Assembly (NCBI GenBank): GCA_035288925.1
Contig: DATDYS010000013.1
Span: 22,168 to 86,167, forward strand
Reading direction: 5' to 3'
From: Candidatus Nanoarchaeia archaeon
GTDB taxonomy: Archaea; Nanobdellota; Nanobdellia; Woesearchaeales; GW2011-AR4
Length of the DNA: 64,000 nucleotides
The notes beneath the pieces were generated by a model that did not search any database, was not told the origin of the DNA, and saw nothing but the letters and a program-made list of their open reading frames with translations. Below are positions 29,936 to 40,018 of this stretch, one piece after another. Within the stretch, counting starts at the first letter, position 1. Each line of letters starts with the position of its first letter. Position numbers and translations under genes: made by a program.

Positions 29936-30942
29936 TTAAAGAAACAATTTCAAAATTATCAGAAAAAAAGAATTTGACTGAAATTGAAACAGCTAGCACA
30001 ATGGAATTCATAATGGAAGGCAAAGCCACAACTCCGCAAATCAAGGAATTTTTGCTCGGACTGAAAACAAAAGGGGAAACTATTGATGAGATAACCGCGT
30101 GCGCAAGGATAATGAAATCCAAATCAATCAAAATTGATCCCGATGCAATGCATTTGGTTGATACGTGCGGAACTGGCGGAGATAACTCAGGCACTTTCAA
30201 CATTTCAACAGCCGCTGCTTTCGTTGCTGCAGGCGCAGGCGCTTCTGTTGCAAAGCATGGAAATAAATCAATCAGCTCAAAGTGCGGAAGCGCTGATGTA
30301 CTGAAAGCGCTTGGAGTTAATATTGAACTGGAGCCTGAAAAAGTTTCTAAATGCATTGAAAAAGTCGGAATAGGATTTTTGTTTGCTCCAAAATTTCATC
30401 CTGCAATGAAATATGCGATGGACGCTAGGCGGGAACTTGGAGTCAGGACGATTTTTAATATTTTAGGCCCGCTTACTAACCCAGCCGGCGCCAAATCGCA
30501 GTTAATTGGGGTGTTTGATGCAAAATTAATGCCTATCATGGCAAATGTTTTGAAGAATCTTGGAAGCAGGCATGCAATGATTGTAAATGCAAATGGATTG
30601 GATGAAATTTCAATAAGCTCTAAAACCGATGTTTTTGAATTAAAGCATGGAGAAATTCATAATTATTCCATTAATCCTTCTGATTTTGGATTTGAATTAA
30701 GCTCGATTGAAACTTTAAAGGGAGATGCGCCTGAAGAGAATTCCAAGATTATTACTGACGTTTTAAATGGATTGAAAGGGCCTAAAAGAGATGTGGTTGT
30801 GTTAAATGCCGCAGCAGCTTTATTGGTTTGCGGTCTTGCAAAAGATTTTGAAGGTGGGATTGCAATGGCTTCAAGGTCGATTGATAGCGGCAATGCGTTG
30901 GAAAAACTAAAACTTTTGAGGGAACAGAATGGACATTCTTGA
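29932..30942 (+). CDS. trpD: Anthranilate phosphoribosyltransferase
   Basis: DTCGTGGD, FNIST, KHGN, GSADVL. Confidence 0.96.
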   Translation: MIKETISKLSEKKNLTEIETASTMEFIMEGKATTPQIKEFLLGLKTKGETIDEITACARIMKSKSIKIDPDAMHLVDTCGTGGDNSGTFNISTAAAFVAAGAGASVAKHGNKSISSKCGSADVLKALGVNIELEPEKVSKCIEKVGIGFLFAPKFHPAMKYAMDARRELGVRTIFNILGPLTNPAGAKSQLIGVFDAKLMPIMANVLKNLGSRHAMIVNANGLDEISISSKTDVFELKHGEIHNYSINPSDFGFELSSIETLKGDAPEENSKIITDVLNGLKGPKRDVVVLNAAAALLVCGLAKDFEGGIAMASRSIDSGNALEKLKLLREQNGHS

Positions 30943-31699
30943 CAAATTCATTGAACAGGCAAAAGAAAATGTGAAACGCGGATATTATGATATATCGCGT
31001 GGGGCTATGCTTGATATAAAGCGAAATTCCCTAAAGCAAAAACTGCTGTCCCAATATTTTACGTTAATTGCTGAAATAAAGCACGCTTCCCCTGCAGGAG
31101 AGTATTCTTTTGATGATGTGGATGCAAATGAGCTGGCATTCAAGTTCAAAAAAGCAGGCGCAGATGCCATTTCAGTTGTGGTAGAGCCAAGAATTTTCAA
31201 AGGGCGCCTGGATAACATCACTATCGCAAAGAAAACTAATTTGCCCGTGCTTTTCAAGGATTTTATCATTGGGGAAACACAAATTAAAAGCGCTGCTGCA
31301 TTGGGAGCAGACTGCATACTTTTGATTGTAAAAGTCGGAGAAAGGCTGAATTTGGATATTGGCAAACTGATAAGAAGAGCGCATTCTTATGGCATGGAGG
31401 TTTTGCTGGAGTGCTATGATAAAGAAGAAGCCCAAAAAGCATTAAGGACAGAAGCAGATATCATTGGCATAAACAACAGGGACCTAAAAACTCTTAAAGT
31501 CGATTTAAATCAGACAAGGGAAATGATGGAATATCTTAGAACTCAAAATCGCCCGGTAATAAGCGAAAGCGGAATAAAGTCAGATAAAGATGCTGAATTT
31601 GTCAAATTGCAAGGTGTCAATGGAATATTGGTCGGCACTGCCATCTGGACTGCAAATGACCAATACGCTAAAATAAAAGAGCTTAGGCTGCGTGAATGA
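30929..31699 (+). CDS. trpC: Indole-3-glycerol phosphate synthase
   Basis: IAEIKHASP, VLFKDF, GINNRDL, ISESGI. Confidence 0.93.
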   Translation: MDILDKFIEQAKENVKRGYYDISRGAMLDIKRNSLKQKLLSQYFTLIAEIKHASPAGEYSFDDVDANELAFKFKKAGADAISVVVEPRIFKGRLDNITIAKKTNLPVLFKDFIIGETQIKSAAALGADCILLIVKVGERLNLDIGKLIRRAHSYGMEVLLECYDKEEAQKALRTEADIIGINNRDLKTLKVDLNQTREMMEYLRTQNRPVISESGIKSDKDAEFVKLQGVNGILVGTAIWTANDQYAKIKELRLRE

Positions 31700-31774
31700 T
31701 ATATTCAAATTAACAAAATAAATGAATATTATGCGGAGAGAATATTAAATAAAATAACACAAAGAAATTGAATC

Positions 31775-31844
31775 GAGACTTTATGTCTCTTCAAGCTTGA
31801 CGAGTTTCTTTTGGTCAAGCTTTTCTTTGTTAAAGAAAAGGTTG
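31775..31844. repeat. Modular hairpin repeat family A copy
   Basis: GAGAC-TTTAT-GTCTC, CAAGCTTGAC..GTCAAGC, CTTTTCTTT/AAAGAAAAG-GTTG; 38/40 identical to the reverse complement of 43084-43123. Confidence 0.9.
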
Positions 31845-31857
31845 TTGGTGAACAATA

Positions 31858-33033
31858 ATGAAAACTTTAGGAAAATTTGGAGACTTCGGAGGAATATTTG
31901 TTCCGGAAACTTTGATTCCGGCGCTTGAAGAATTGGAAGAAGCGTTTTTTAGGTTGAAGGATGATAAAAAGTTTAATTCCGAGCTAAAAGATTTGCTTGA
32001 GAAATACGCGGGAAGGCCGACTGCTTTAACTTTCTGCCCAAATTTAAGCAGGAAGCTTGGCTTTAAGCTTTATCTTAAGCGGGAAGATTTGCTGCACACA
32101 GGCGCCCATAAGATAAACAATGCTTTGGGGCAGGCTTTGCTTGCAAAATACATCGGAAAGAAAAGATTGATTGCAGAAACGGGTGCAGGGCAGCATGGAG
32201 TTGCAACTGCAACAGCCGGAGCCCGCCTTAATTTCAAGACAGATGTTTACATGGGCTCAAAAGACATTGAAAGGCAGAAATTAAATGTCCTTAGGATGAA
32301 ACTGCTTGGCGCAAATGTTGTTCCCGTTGAATCAGGCTCTAAAACTCTTAAGGATGCCATTAATGAGGCACTTCGTGACTGGACTGCCAATGTTGAAGAT
32401 ACTCATTATCTTCTTGGAAGTGTACTGGGGCCGCATCCGTTTCCAACCATGATTAAATATTTCCAGAGCGTAGTTGGAATTGAAGCGCGGAAGCAGATAC
32501 TTGAAGCTGAGGGCAGATTGCCTACCCATATAATTGCCTGTGTCGGAGGCGGCTCAAATGCTATCGGAATCTTTAATTCATTCATTGATGATAAAAGCGT
32601 GGGATTGATTGGCGTGGAAGCCGGTGGGGAAGGGATTAAGGGCGGAAATCACGCTGCCCGTTTTGCAGATTCTTCGCTTGGAAGAGTCGGAGTCATACAC
32701 GGCACGAAAACATTTGTCTTGCAGGATAAATACGGCCAGATACACAATACTTCTTCAATAGCCGCAGGCCTTGATTATTGCGCTGTTGGACCTGAGCATA
32801 GCTTATTGAGAGATATTAAAAGAGTTTTATACACTTATGCAACTGATTTGGAGACACTTGATGCTTTTAAGGTATTATCTAAAGAAGAAGGGATTATTCC
32901 TGCGCTTGAAAGCGCGCATGCTGTTGCTCATATTTTGAAAATTGGCAAGAGCTTGAAGAAGGACGATGTTGTAATAGTAAACCTATCGGGAAGGGGAGAT
33001 AAGGATTTGGATCAGATTCAGGAATATCTTTGA
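31858..33033 (+). CDS. trpB: Tryptophan synthase beta chain
   Basis: [42 protein letters not shown]. Confidence 0.97.
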   Translation: MKTLGKFGDFGGIFVPETLIPALEELEEAFFRLKDDKKFNSELKDLLEKYAGRPTALTFCPNLSRKLGFKLYLKREDLLHTGAHKINNALGQALLAKYIGKKRLIAETGAGQHGVATATAGARLNFKTDVYMGSKDIERQKLNVLRMKLLGANVVPVESGSKTLKDAINEALRDWTANVEDTHYLLGSVLGPHPFPTMIKYFQSVVGIEARKQILEAEGRLPTHIIACVGGGSNAIGIFNSFIDDKSVGLIGVEAGGEGIKGGNHAARFADSSLGRVGVIHGTKTFVLQDKYGQIHNTSSIAAGLDYCAVGPEHSLLRDIKRVLYTYATDLETLDAFKVLSKEEGIIPALESAHAVAHILKIGKSLKKDDVVIVNLSGRGDKDLDQIQEYL

Positions 33034-33088
33034 TTTAAGATTTGATTTTGATTAGGATAATTAGGATTAAAATAAAAATAAAACATTA

Positions 33089-33188
33089 ATGGCAGGCAAA
33101 CACGGGTTTTCTTGGTGAAAACCCTACTCACAAGGGAAATTTCCGAACTTCGTAACGGAAATTTCCTCTGCATTCGGTTTGCCGCCAT
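33089..33188. repeat. Multi-hairpin element with ATGGC..GCCAT ends
   Basis: ATGGCAGGCAAAC/GTTTGCCGCCAT enclosing GGGTTTTC/GAAAACCC and GGAAATTTCCG/CGGAAATTTCC. Confidence 0.8.
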
Positions 33189-33220
33189 ACGACTCAGTTT
33201 TCGTCCAACGGAACTTCAAA

Positions 33221-34030
33221 ATGAAAACCTATGAAGAAGTTTTTTCAAATCTGAAAAAGGAAAATAAAGGCGCTTTGGTTGCTTTTATCGTAGCCGGAGA
33301 CCCTGATTACGAGACTAGCCTTCAAATAGCAAAAGCAGTTTGCGATGCAGGTGCTGATATTCTTGAAATCGGGCTGCCGTTTTCCGACCCTATCGCTGAC
33401 GGAAAGACCATACAGGCTGCTGATATACGGGCTTTAGGGAATGGAATGAATACTGACCTATTTTTTAAGTTTGTAAGCGATTTAAGGAAGCATACTGATG
33501 TTCCCATTGGCGTATTGTCATATTATAATCTTGTTTACCAAAGAGGCATAGAGAAATTCTGCATTGATTCAGGGAAAGCCGGAATCAACAGCATCCTGAT
33601 TGCTGACATGACAATAGAGGAAAGCGATTCAATGATTCTTAATGCCAAGAGGCACTCTGTTGAAACTGTTTTCATGATAACTCCGCTTACAAATGATTTG
33701 AGGATAAAAGAAATATCTTTACATTCCAATGGATTTATTTATCTGGTTTCAAGGCTTGGAGTCACAGGCGCCAGAGAGGATTTAAGCAAATCCACTTTGG
33801 AATTAATTAAAAGAGTCAGGAAATTTACTGACAAACCTCTTTGCGTTGGATTTGGAATAAGCACAGCTTCCCATGTTCAAGATGTAATTAACGCAGGCGC
33901 AGACGGCGCAATTGTCGGAAGCGCGATTGTCAAGATTATTGAAGAGAATTTAGAAAACAAAAAAAAGATGGTGGAAGAAGTTAAGGAGTTTGTGAAAGGA
34001 TTAAAAAACACAACATTTAAAAACACATAA
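33221..34030 (+). CDS. trpA: Tryptophan synthase alpha chain
   Basis: AGDPD, EIGLPFSDPIADG, GVTG, VGFGIS, GAIVGSA. Confidence 0.96.
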   Translation: MKTYEEVFSNLKKENKGALVAFIVAGDPDYETSLQIAKAVCDAGADILEIGLPFSDPIADGKTIQAADIRALGNGMNTDLFFKFVSDLRKHTDVPIGVLSYYNLVYQRGIEKFCIDSGKAGINSILIADMTIEESDSMILNAKRHSVETVFMITPLTNDLRIKEISLHSNGFIYLVSRLGVTGAREDLSKSTLELIKRVRKFTDKPLCVGFGISTASHVQDVINAGADGAIVGSAIVKIIEENLENKKKMVEEVKEFVKGLKNTTFKNT

Positions 34031-34205
34031 TCAATCTTATCAATAATATGGAAAGCATCGTTTCAACTTCAAATGTAAGTTCTTTTAGCTATTTCTATTT
34101 CTGGCAGTAAGCCAGACCACCATAATTTTTAAATCATTGGCAATTTCAAGCCTTGATAGGGCTATATTCAGTTTTATCAAGTCGCTTTGAGTTCGGCACG
34201 CCACC

Positions 34206-34311
34206 ATGGCGCTGGCTTGACGGGGGTTGTCCCGTGACATGTGAGCGAGTTCGCAACGAGCTCACTCGCAAGTCACTGGGTGTCAAGCGAGGCGAAGCCG
34301 ACAGCCGCCAT
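34206..34311. repeat. Multi-hairpin element sharing modules with 742-806 and 33089
   Basis: ATGGCGCTG..CAGCCGCCAT ends, GCTTGAC/GTCAAGC, GTGACATGTGAGCGAGT..CGAGCTCACTCGCAAGTCAC, GGCGAAGCC. Confidence 0.85.
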
Positions 34312-34369
34312 TGTGTGGCGTGCACTAATAAGAATAAACAATTAAAATCAATCAACGGAGGAAACTAAA

Positions 34370-35386
34370 ATGATAATCGTATTGAAAGAAGAAACATCAA
34401 AAGAGGAAATAAAAGATTTAATAGAGAAAATAAAAGAAACCGAGTTAAGGCCGGTTGAGTTCAATGGAGACGAAAGAACTGTAATCCATGTTCTGGGAAA
34501 CGTCACAGAGCAGACTGTAAACAGCTTCAGCTCCATTAAATGCGTTGAAAGGGTAATGAGAATTCTAAAGCCGTTCAAGCTGGCGTCTAAAGAGCATCAT
34601 CAGGGAACAACTGTTGTAAGAGTTGGAGATGTGAGTATAGGAAACGGAGAGATAACCGTAATAGCAGGCCCCTGCTCGATTGAATCAGAAGAGCAGATAA
34701 TGGAATCAGCAAACATAATGAAGAAATTGGGAATAAAAATCATGAGAGCTTCAGCATTCAAGCCAAGAACTTCGCCTTACGATTTCCAGGGAATGGGGAT
34801 AAAAGGATTAAAGCTGTTAAAGAAAGTCAAGGAAAAAACAGGAATATTAACAGAAACAGAAGTAATGGACGTAAGGGACGTTCCCATAGCTGCAGAATAT
34901 GTTGATGTCCTGAGAGTTGGAGCAAGAAACATGCAGAACTATGACTTGTTAAAGGAATTGGGAAAGATAAACAAGCCGGTCATATTAAAAAGGGGAATGT
35001 CAGCCACAATCAATGAATTCCTGATGGCAGCTGAATACGTACTATACCACGGCAACAAAGATGTGATATTATGCGAAAGGGGAATAAGGACTTTCGAGAC
35101 CGCTTACAGAAACACTTTGGATGTAGGCGCAGTTGCAGTATTAAAAAACATGACGCATTTGCCTGTGATAGTTGACCCAAGCCACGCAGCCGGAAAAAGA
35201 GAATTAATTGCACCGTTAAGCAAGGCAGCGATTGCAGCAGGGGCAGACGGGTTATTAATTGAATGCCATCCAAATCCAGAGAAAGCACTAAGCGATGGAG
35301 CGCAATCCATATATCCTGAGCAGTTAGCGCAATTGTTAAAAGATCTAAAGCCTTTATGCGAGGCTTTGGGAAGAAAATTGGGTTAA
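34370..35386 (+). CDS. aroF: DAHP synthase, class I-beta with N-terminal regulatory domain
   Basis: IAGPCSIES, FKPRTSPYDFQG, GARNMQN, LCERGIRTF, VDPSH. Confidence 0.95.
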   Translation: MIIVLKEETSKEEIKDLIEKIKETELRPVEFNGDERTVIHVLGNVTEQTVNSFSSIKCVERVMRILKPFKLASKEHHQGTTVVRVGDVSIGNGEITVIAGPCSIESEEQIMESANIMKKLGIKIMRASAFKPRTSPYDFQGMGIKGLKLLKKVKEKTGILTETEVMDVRDVPIAAEYVDVLRVGARNMQNYDLLKELGKINKPVILKRGMSATINEFLMAAEYVLYHGNKDVILCERGIRTFETAYRNTLDVGAVAVLKNMTHLPVIVDPSHAAGKRELIAPLSKAAIAAGADGLLIECHPNPEKALSDGAQSIYPEQLAQLLKDLKPLCEALGRKLG

Positions 35387-35420
35387 AAACAATAAAAACT
35401 AAAAATAAAACAAGAAAAAT

Positions 35421-35524
35421 AAGGGCTTTATGCCCTTCCAAGCTTGACGAGTTCCTCTTCAAGAGGGCTTTGAACTTTGTTCAAAACTTTTTTGTCAAGC
35501 TTTTTCTTGTGGAGAAAAAGGTTG
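35421..35524. repeat. Modular hairpin repeat family A copy
   Basis: AAGGGC-TTTAT-GCCCTT, CAAGCTTGAC..GTCAAGC with extra nested hairpins, CTTTTTCT/AGAAAAAG-GTTG abutting the aroB ATG. Confidence 0.85.
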
Positions 35525-36652
35525 ATGGACACCATAAATGCGAAGATAAAATCAAAGGAATACGATTACCAGATTTTCGTAGGCAGCTCTATCCTAAACG
35601 AACTGGCAGATTTTATTAAAAAAAATCACAGCGGAAAGAAAGTTGCAGTCATAATGGGAGAGCACACCAGCAGGCTGCACAAGCCAAAGCTCGGCAAAAT
35701 ATTAAGCGACCTAAACCCATTGTTCATAACAGTCCCTTCAGGAGAATCTTCCAAATCCAGGGAAATGAAGGAAGAAATAGAGGACAATTTATTAGACCAT
35801 AAGTTCGGAAGGGATTCTTTAATCATAGCAATTGGCGGCGGAGTAATCGGAGATTTAGCCGGATTCGTGGCATCGACTTTCAACAGGGGGATTCCGGTAA
35901 TTCATGTGCCGACTACTTTATTGGCAATGGCAGACTCATCCATCGGCGGGAAAACGGCGATAAACACAAAGCACGGAAAGAATTTAATCGGAACTTTCCA
36001 CCAGCCCGATGCGGTATTTGTTGACATGGATTTTCTGGAAACGCTGCCGGATGACGAATTCAAAAGCGGATTGGGAGAAATCATAAAGCAGGGAATAATA
36101 CAAGACAAAGAACTGTTCAATTTTCTGGAAAAACACTGCAAGGAAATTCTTGAAAGAAAAAAAGACGTCCTGCAGCATATAATAAAGCGCTCAATTGAAT
36201 TAAAAAAGCAGGTTTTTGAATTGGACTCTCATGAAATGGGTTTGAGGCAGATTCTGAATTTCGGGCACACTTTCGGGCATGCTTTGGAAGCATATTACAA
36301 TTACAAGATAAAGCACGGATTTGCAGTAGCCATAGGAATGGTTGTAGAAGCAAGAATTTCAGCAATGACAAATAGTCTAAAGGAAAATGAGGAAGAAAGA
36401 ATCAGAAACATGATTAAAATATTCGGGTTTCCCATGTCTGATTCCGCCGGCACTTCAAAAATAATGGAACTTATGGTATCGGACAAGAAATCAAAAGGAA
36501 ACCGGCCAAGGTTTGTCTTGATTGACAGAATAGGAAAAGCAAAAGAAAAAGACGGCAGTTTCTCGTTTGAAGTTGACAGCAAGGTCGTAGAAGAAGCGAT
36601 AGAAAAAAGCAAAGATGAGTATGATTCAAAAACCAATCAGTTAATAAAATGA
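35525..36652 (+). CDS. aroB: 3-dehydroquinate synthase (bacterial type)
   Basis: GGGVIGDLAGF, PTTLLA, DSSIGGK, LNFGHTFGHALE; likely start ATG 35525. Confidence 0.95.
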   Translation: MDTINAKIKSKEYDYQIFVGSSILNELADFIKKNHSGKKVAVIMGEHTSRLHKPKLGKILSDLNPLFITVPSGESSKSREMKEEIEDNLLDHKFGRDSLIIAIGGGVIGDLAGFVASTFNRGIPVIHVPTTLLAMADSSIGGKTAINTKHGKNLIGTFHQPDAVFVDMDFLETLPDDEFKSGLGEIIKQGIIQDKELFNFLEKHCKEILERKKDVLQHIIKRSIELKKQVFELDSHEMGLRQILNFGHTFGHALEAYYNYKIKHGFAVAIGMVVEARISAMTNSLKENEEERIRNMIKIFGFPMSDSAGTSKIMELMVSDKKSKGNRPRFVLIDRIGKAKEKDGSFSFEVDSKVVEEAIEKSKDEYDSKTNQLIK

Positions 36653-39600
36653 TTGAGATAAATTCTGTTCAGAATCTTGATGCAGAGATTTCCATTCCTG
36701 GCAGCAAGTACATAGCAAACAGGTTGCTGATTATATGCGCTTTAGCCAACGGAACTTCAGTTCTGAAAAATGTGCCTGACAATGAGGATATTAATAATTC
36801 CATAAAAGCCCTGCAGCAATTCGGAATCGAGATTGAAAAAAATAAGGATAATCTGACAATAACCGGAACAGGAAAATTAAAAGCTCCAAATAACGAAATA
36901 AATGTAGGCGACTCAGGAACTTTATTAAGATTTATAACTGCATTTTCCGCTCTTGCAAAAGGGAACACCAAAATTACCGGAAGCAAAAGGATTCAGGAAA
37001 GGCCTATTTCTGATTTATTAAAAAGCTTGAGTGATTTGGGCATCAAATCCAATTCAAAAAATGGAAATGCGCCTTTGACAATTACCGGCGGGAATTTAGA
37101 TGGCGGAAAAACGAAAATCAAAGGAAGCATAAGCAGCCAGTTCATCAGCGCTTTGCTGTTAATCTCGCCTTTTGCAAAAAATGATGTAGAAATAACCATA
37201 GATGGGGAGCTGGTTTCTTCTGGATACGTTGATTTAACAATTAATTTGATGAAAGAATTCGGAGTAAATGTGGAAAGAAGCGGAAGCAGATTCACAGTCA
37301 AGGCAAATCAAAAATATAAATCAAGAAATTTTACAATTCCATCTGACTGGGCCTCTGCAAATTATTTTCTGGCAGCTGCAGCAATTGTTCCGGGAACTGT
37401 GACAATTAATAATCTGGATTTTAAGTCAAAAGTCCCTGAATCAGGATTTTACAGGGTATTGGAGAAGATGGGCTGCAAAGTTTTGCTGGATAATAATTCA
37501 ATAAAAATAACTGGAACTGATAAGTTAAAGCCAATTGATGCAGATATGGGTTCAATGCCAGATTCAGCGCAAACCTTAGCTGTTGCTGCACTATTTGCAG
37601 ACGGGACGACAAAAATAAGAAATATTGGAAATTTAAAATTCAAGGAATCAGACAGGATTAATGATACTGCAACTGAATTAAGGAAATTGGGCGCAGATGT
37701 CGAAGTAAAAAACGACGAATTAATAATTAATAATAATTTAAAAAAACTAAATTTCAAATCGGCAATCATTGATTCCCATAATGACCACCGGATGGCAATG
37801 AGCTTTGCAGTTGTCGGATTAAGAATTCCTGGAATTAAAATAGATAATCCGGAATGCGCAAACAAATCATTTCCGCAATTTTTCGCCAAATTAAATAAAA
37901 TAACAGCAAAGAAACAGAAAAATATTGTTCTGATTGGGTACAGGGGAGCCGGAAAGACGTCAACGGCAATGGAATTATCAAAATTGACAGGAATGAATAT
38001 CATTAGCACAGATGAAGAAATCTCAAAAAAAGTCGAAATGCCGATAGCGGATTTTATCGATAAAAACGGATGGGATGAGTTCAGGAAAGCTGAAAATGAA
38101 GTAATTGAAAGCCTCAAAGATGCTGATGGAGTGATAATTGACTGCGGCGGCGGAGTGGTTGAGAATGAGAATAATATCAAACTAATAAAACAAAATGGAG
38201 TGGTTTTCTGGCTTCGTGCGCAGGTCAGCGTGCTTGCTGACAGGATTAAAGACACTAAAAACAGGCCCTCAATAACCGGAAAAAAATCCTTTATTGACGA
38301 GATTGACGAAGTCTTGAGAAAAAGAATCCCCTTTTACAGGAAAGCCTGTGATTTTGAAATTGATACCAGCAACGAAAATCCGCTTCAAATAGCCCAATTG
38401 ATAATAAAATTGTATTCAATTCAACCTGTGAAAACAAGAATATGCGCCGTGATAACCGCAGACAATGTGAAAGACGCGCTTAATGATATGAAAAAAGCGG
38501 AATCCTCGGATTTGGTAGAATTAAGGCTGGATTTCATCAAGAATATTGATGAAAACAAAGTTAAGGAATTAATGAATAATAAAAAACAAAGAATAATTGC
38601 AACACTAAGGCCAGTTAAATTTGGTGGATTATTCAAAGGAGAAAAGAAAGGGAGATTTGCATTATTAAACAAAGCAATTGAGCTCGGAGCGGATTTTGTT
38701 GATGTTGAATTCGGCTCTGAAATTGCCGCGGATATTATTAAGAATAAAAAATCTTCAAAAATAATAATTTCGCACCATGACTTTAATGAAACTCCGTCAC
38801 TGGAAAAATTGGAATCAATCTACAGCCAAATAGATAAGTTGAATCCTGATTTTGTGAAGATTGTAACGGCTGCAAATTCAATCAATGATAATTTTATAAT
38901 TTTTGATTTACTTAAAGGAAAAAATAATTTAATATCATTTTGCATGGGGCAAAAAGGGGAGATTTCAAGGATTTTAGCGCCAAAGTTCGGCTCTGCGGTT
39001 ACATACTGCAGTATAAATCAAAACAAAGAATCCGCTCCCGGGCAGATTACTCAGGAAGAAATGAATAATCCGTATCATGTTGGTTTAATCAATCCGCAAA
39101 CTAATGTAATTGGAATAATTGGAGAATTCGCCGAGAATTCAATGTCAAAGTACATGCACAATCCTAATTTTGTGAAGAACAACGCCAATTTTGTCTATGT
39201 CCCTTTCAAAGTGTCTCCAAATGAATTAAGCGAGTTCATGGATAATTTCAAGAAATTTAATTTTAAGGGGGCTGCTGTTACGATTCCGCATAAAGAAACC
39301 ATAATCGGCCTGATACACAATGTAAATGAAACTGCGGACGAAATCGGGGCTGTAAATACGTTGGTTAGGGATGACGAAAAAATCATAGGCTATAATACTG
39401 ATTATTACGGCGCCGTTGAATCATTAAAGGAGAAATTAAATTCAAAAGGAAAGAAAGTCTTGGTTATTGGAGCAGGAGGGGCTGCAAGAGCCGTTATTTA
39501 CGGATTAAAGAAAGAAGGGGCAGAAATTATAATAATTAACCGAACAGGAGACAAGGCAAAAGAGCTTGCAGAAAATTTTAAGGTTAGCTTTGACAAATTT

Positions 39601-39921
39601 GAGAATATAAAATCATTGGCAAGGCAGGCTGATGTAATAATCAACACAACCAGTTTGGGGATGACGCCATTTGAAAACGGATGCGCCCTGGAAGAAGATG
39701 AATTGCCGGAAGGAAAGATTGTCATGGATGTTGTCTACAAGCCGGTTATCACAAAACTTATTAAGCTTGCGCAAAAAAAGAAATGCAGGACAATCACTGG
39801 CGACAGAATGCTTATATACCAGGCAGTAAGGCAATTTGAATTATGGACGAAAATAAATCCTGGATTTGAAAATATGGAAAAAGAACTGGCAAAGGAAATT
39901 AATAAAAATAAAAAACAATAA
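36649..39921 (+). CDS. Tetrafunctional AroA-AroK-AroD(type I)-AroE fusion
   Basis: PGSK, SSQF, KESDR, DHRMAM (AroA); GYRGAGKT, DCGGG (AroK); ELRLD, ISHHD, APGQ (AroD); VTIPHK, GAVNT, NTD, GAGGAA (AroE). Confidence 0.93.
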   Translation: MIEINSVQNLDAEISIPGSKYIANRLLIICALANGTSVLKNVPDNEDINNSIKALQQFGIEIEKNKDNLTITGTGKLKAPNNEINVGDSGTLLRFITAFSALAKGNTKITGSKRIQERPISDLLKSLSDLGIKSNSKNGNAPLTITGGNLDGGKTKIKGSISSQFISALLLISPFAKNDVEITIDGELVSSGYVDLTINLMKEFGVNVERSGSRFTVKANQKYKSRNFTIPSDWASANYFLAAAAIVPGTVTINNLDFKSKVPESGFYRVLEKMGCKVLLDNNSIKITGTDKLKPIDADMGSMPDSAQTLAVAALFADGTTKIRNIGNLKFKESDRINDTATELRKLGADVEVKNDELIINNNLKKLNFKSAIIDSHNDHRMAMSFAVVGLRIPGIKIDNPECANKSFPQFFAKLNKITAKKQKNIVLIGYRGAGKTSTAMELSKLTGMNIISTDEEISKKVEMPIADFIDKNGWDEFRKAENEVIESLKDADGVIIDCGGGVVENENNIKLIKQNGVVFWLRAQVSVLADRIKDTKNRPSITGKKSFIDEIDEVLRKRIPFYRKACDFEIDTSNENPLQIAQLIIKLYSIQPVKTRICAVITADNVKDALNDMKKAESSDLVELRLDFIKNIDENKVKELMNNKKQRIIATLRPVKFGGLFKGEKKGRFALLNKAIELGADFVDVEFGSEIAADIIKNKKSSKIIISHHDFNETPSLEKLESIYSQIDKLNPDFVKIVTAANSINDNFIIFDLLKGKNNLISFCMGQKGEISRILAPKFGSAVTYCSINQNKESAPGQITQEEMNNPYHVGLINPQTNVIGIIGEFAENSMSKYMHNPNFVKNNANFVYVPFKVSPNELSEFMDNFKKFNFKGAAVTIPHKETIIGLIHNVNETADEIGAVNTLVRDDEKIIGYNTDYYGAVESLKEKLNSKGKKVLVIGAGGAARAVIYGLKKEGAEIIIINRTGDKAKELAENFKVSFDKFENIKSLARQADVIINTTSLGMTPFENGCALEEDELPEGKIVMDVVYKPVITKLIKLAQKKKCRTITGDRMLIYQAVRQFELWTKINPGFENMEKELAKEINKNKKQ

Positions 39922-40018
39922 TAAAAATACATTACGAAACTAACTACAATACGACTAAAAATTCAATACAATACTAATAATCATCAACGAAAAATCAAAA
40001 ACTTAAAAGGTGAATAAA

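Noticed and set aside
34146..34368. Short ORFs on both strands upstream of aroF, possible leader peptide with two Trp codons
   Set aside because: They run through the palindromic repeat, have weak starts, and show no attenuator terminator
35477..35524. N-terminal extension of AroB in the ORF track
   Set aside because: It is translated repeat sequence; ATG 35525 is the likelier start. The same applies to trpA 33179-33220
37449..38255. 268-aa minus-strand ORF and similar long antisense ORFs
   Set aside because: Ser/Phe/Ile-rich shadows of well-supported genes on the opposite strand
39900..40005. ACTA/AATAC-rich quasi-repeats
   Set aside because: Irregular low-complexity spacer, not CRISPR or a tandem array
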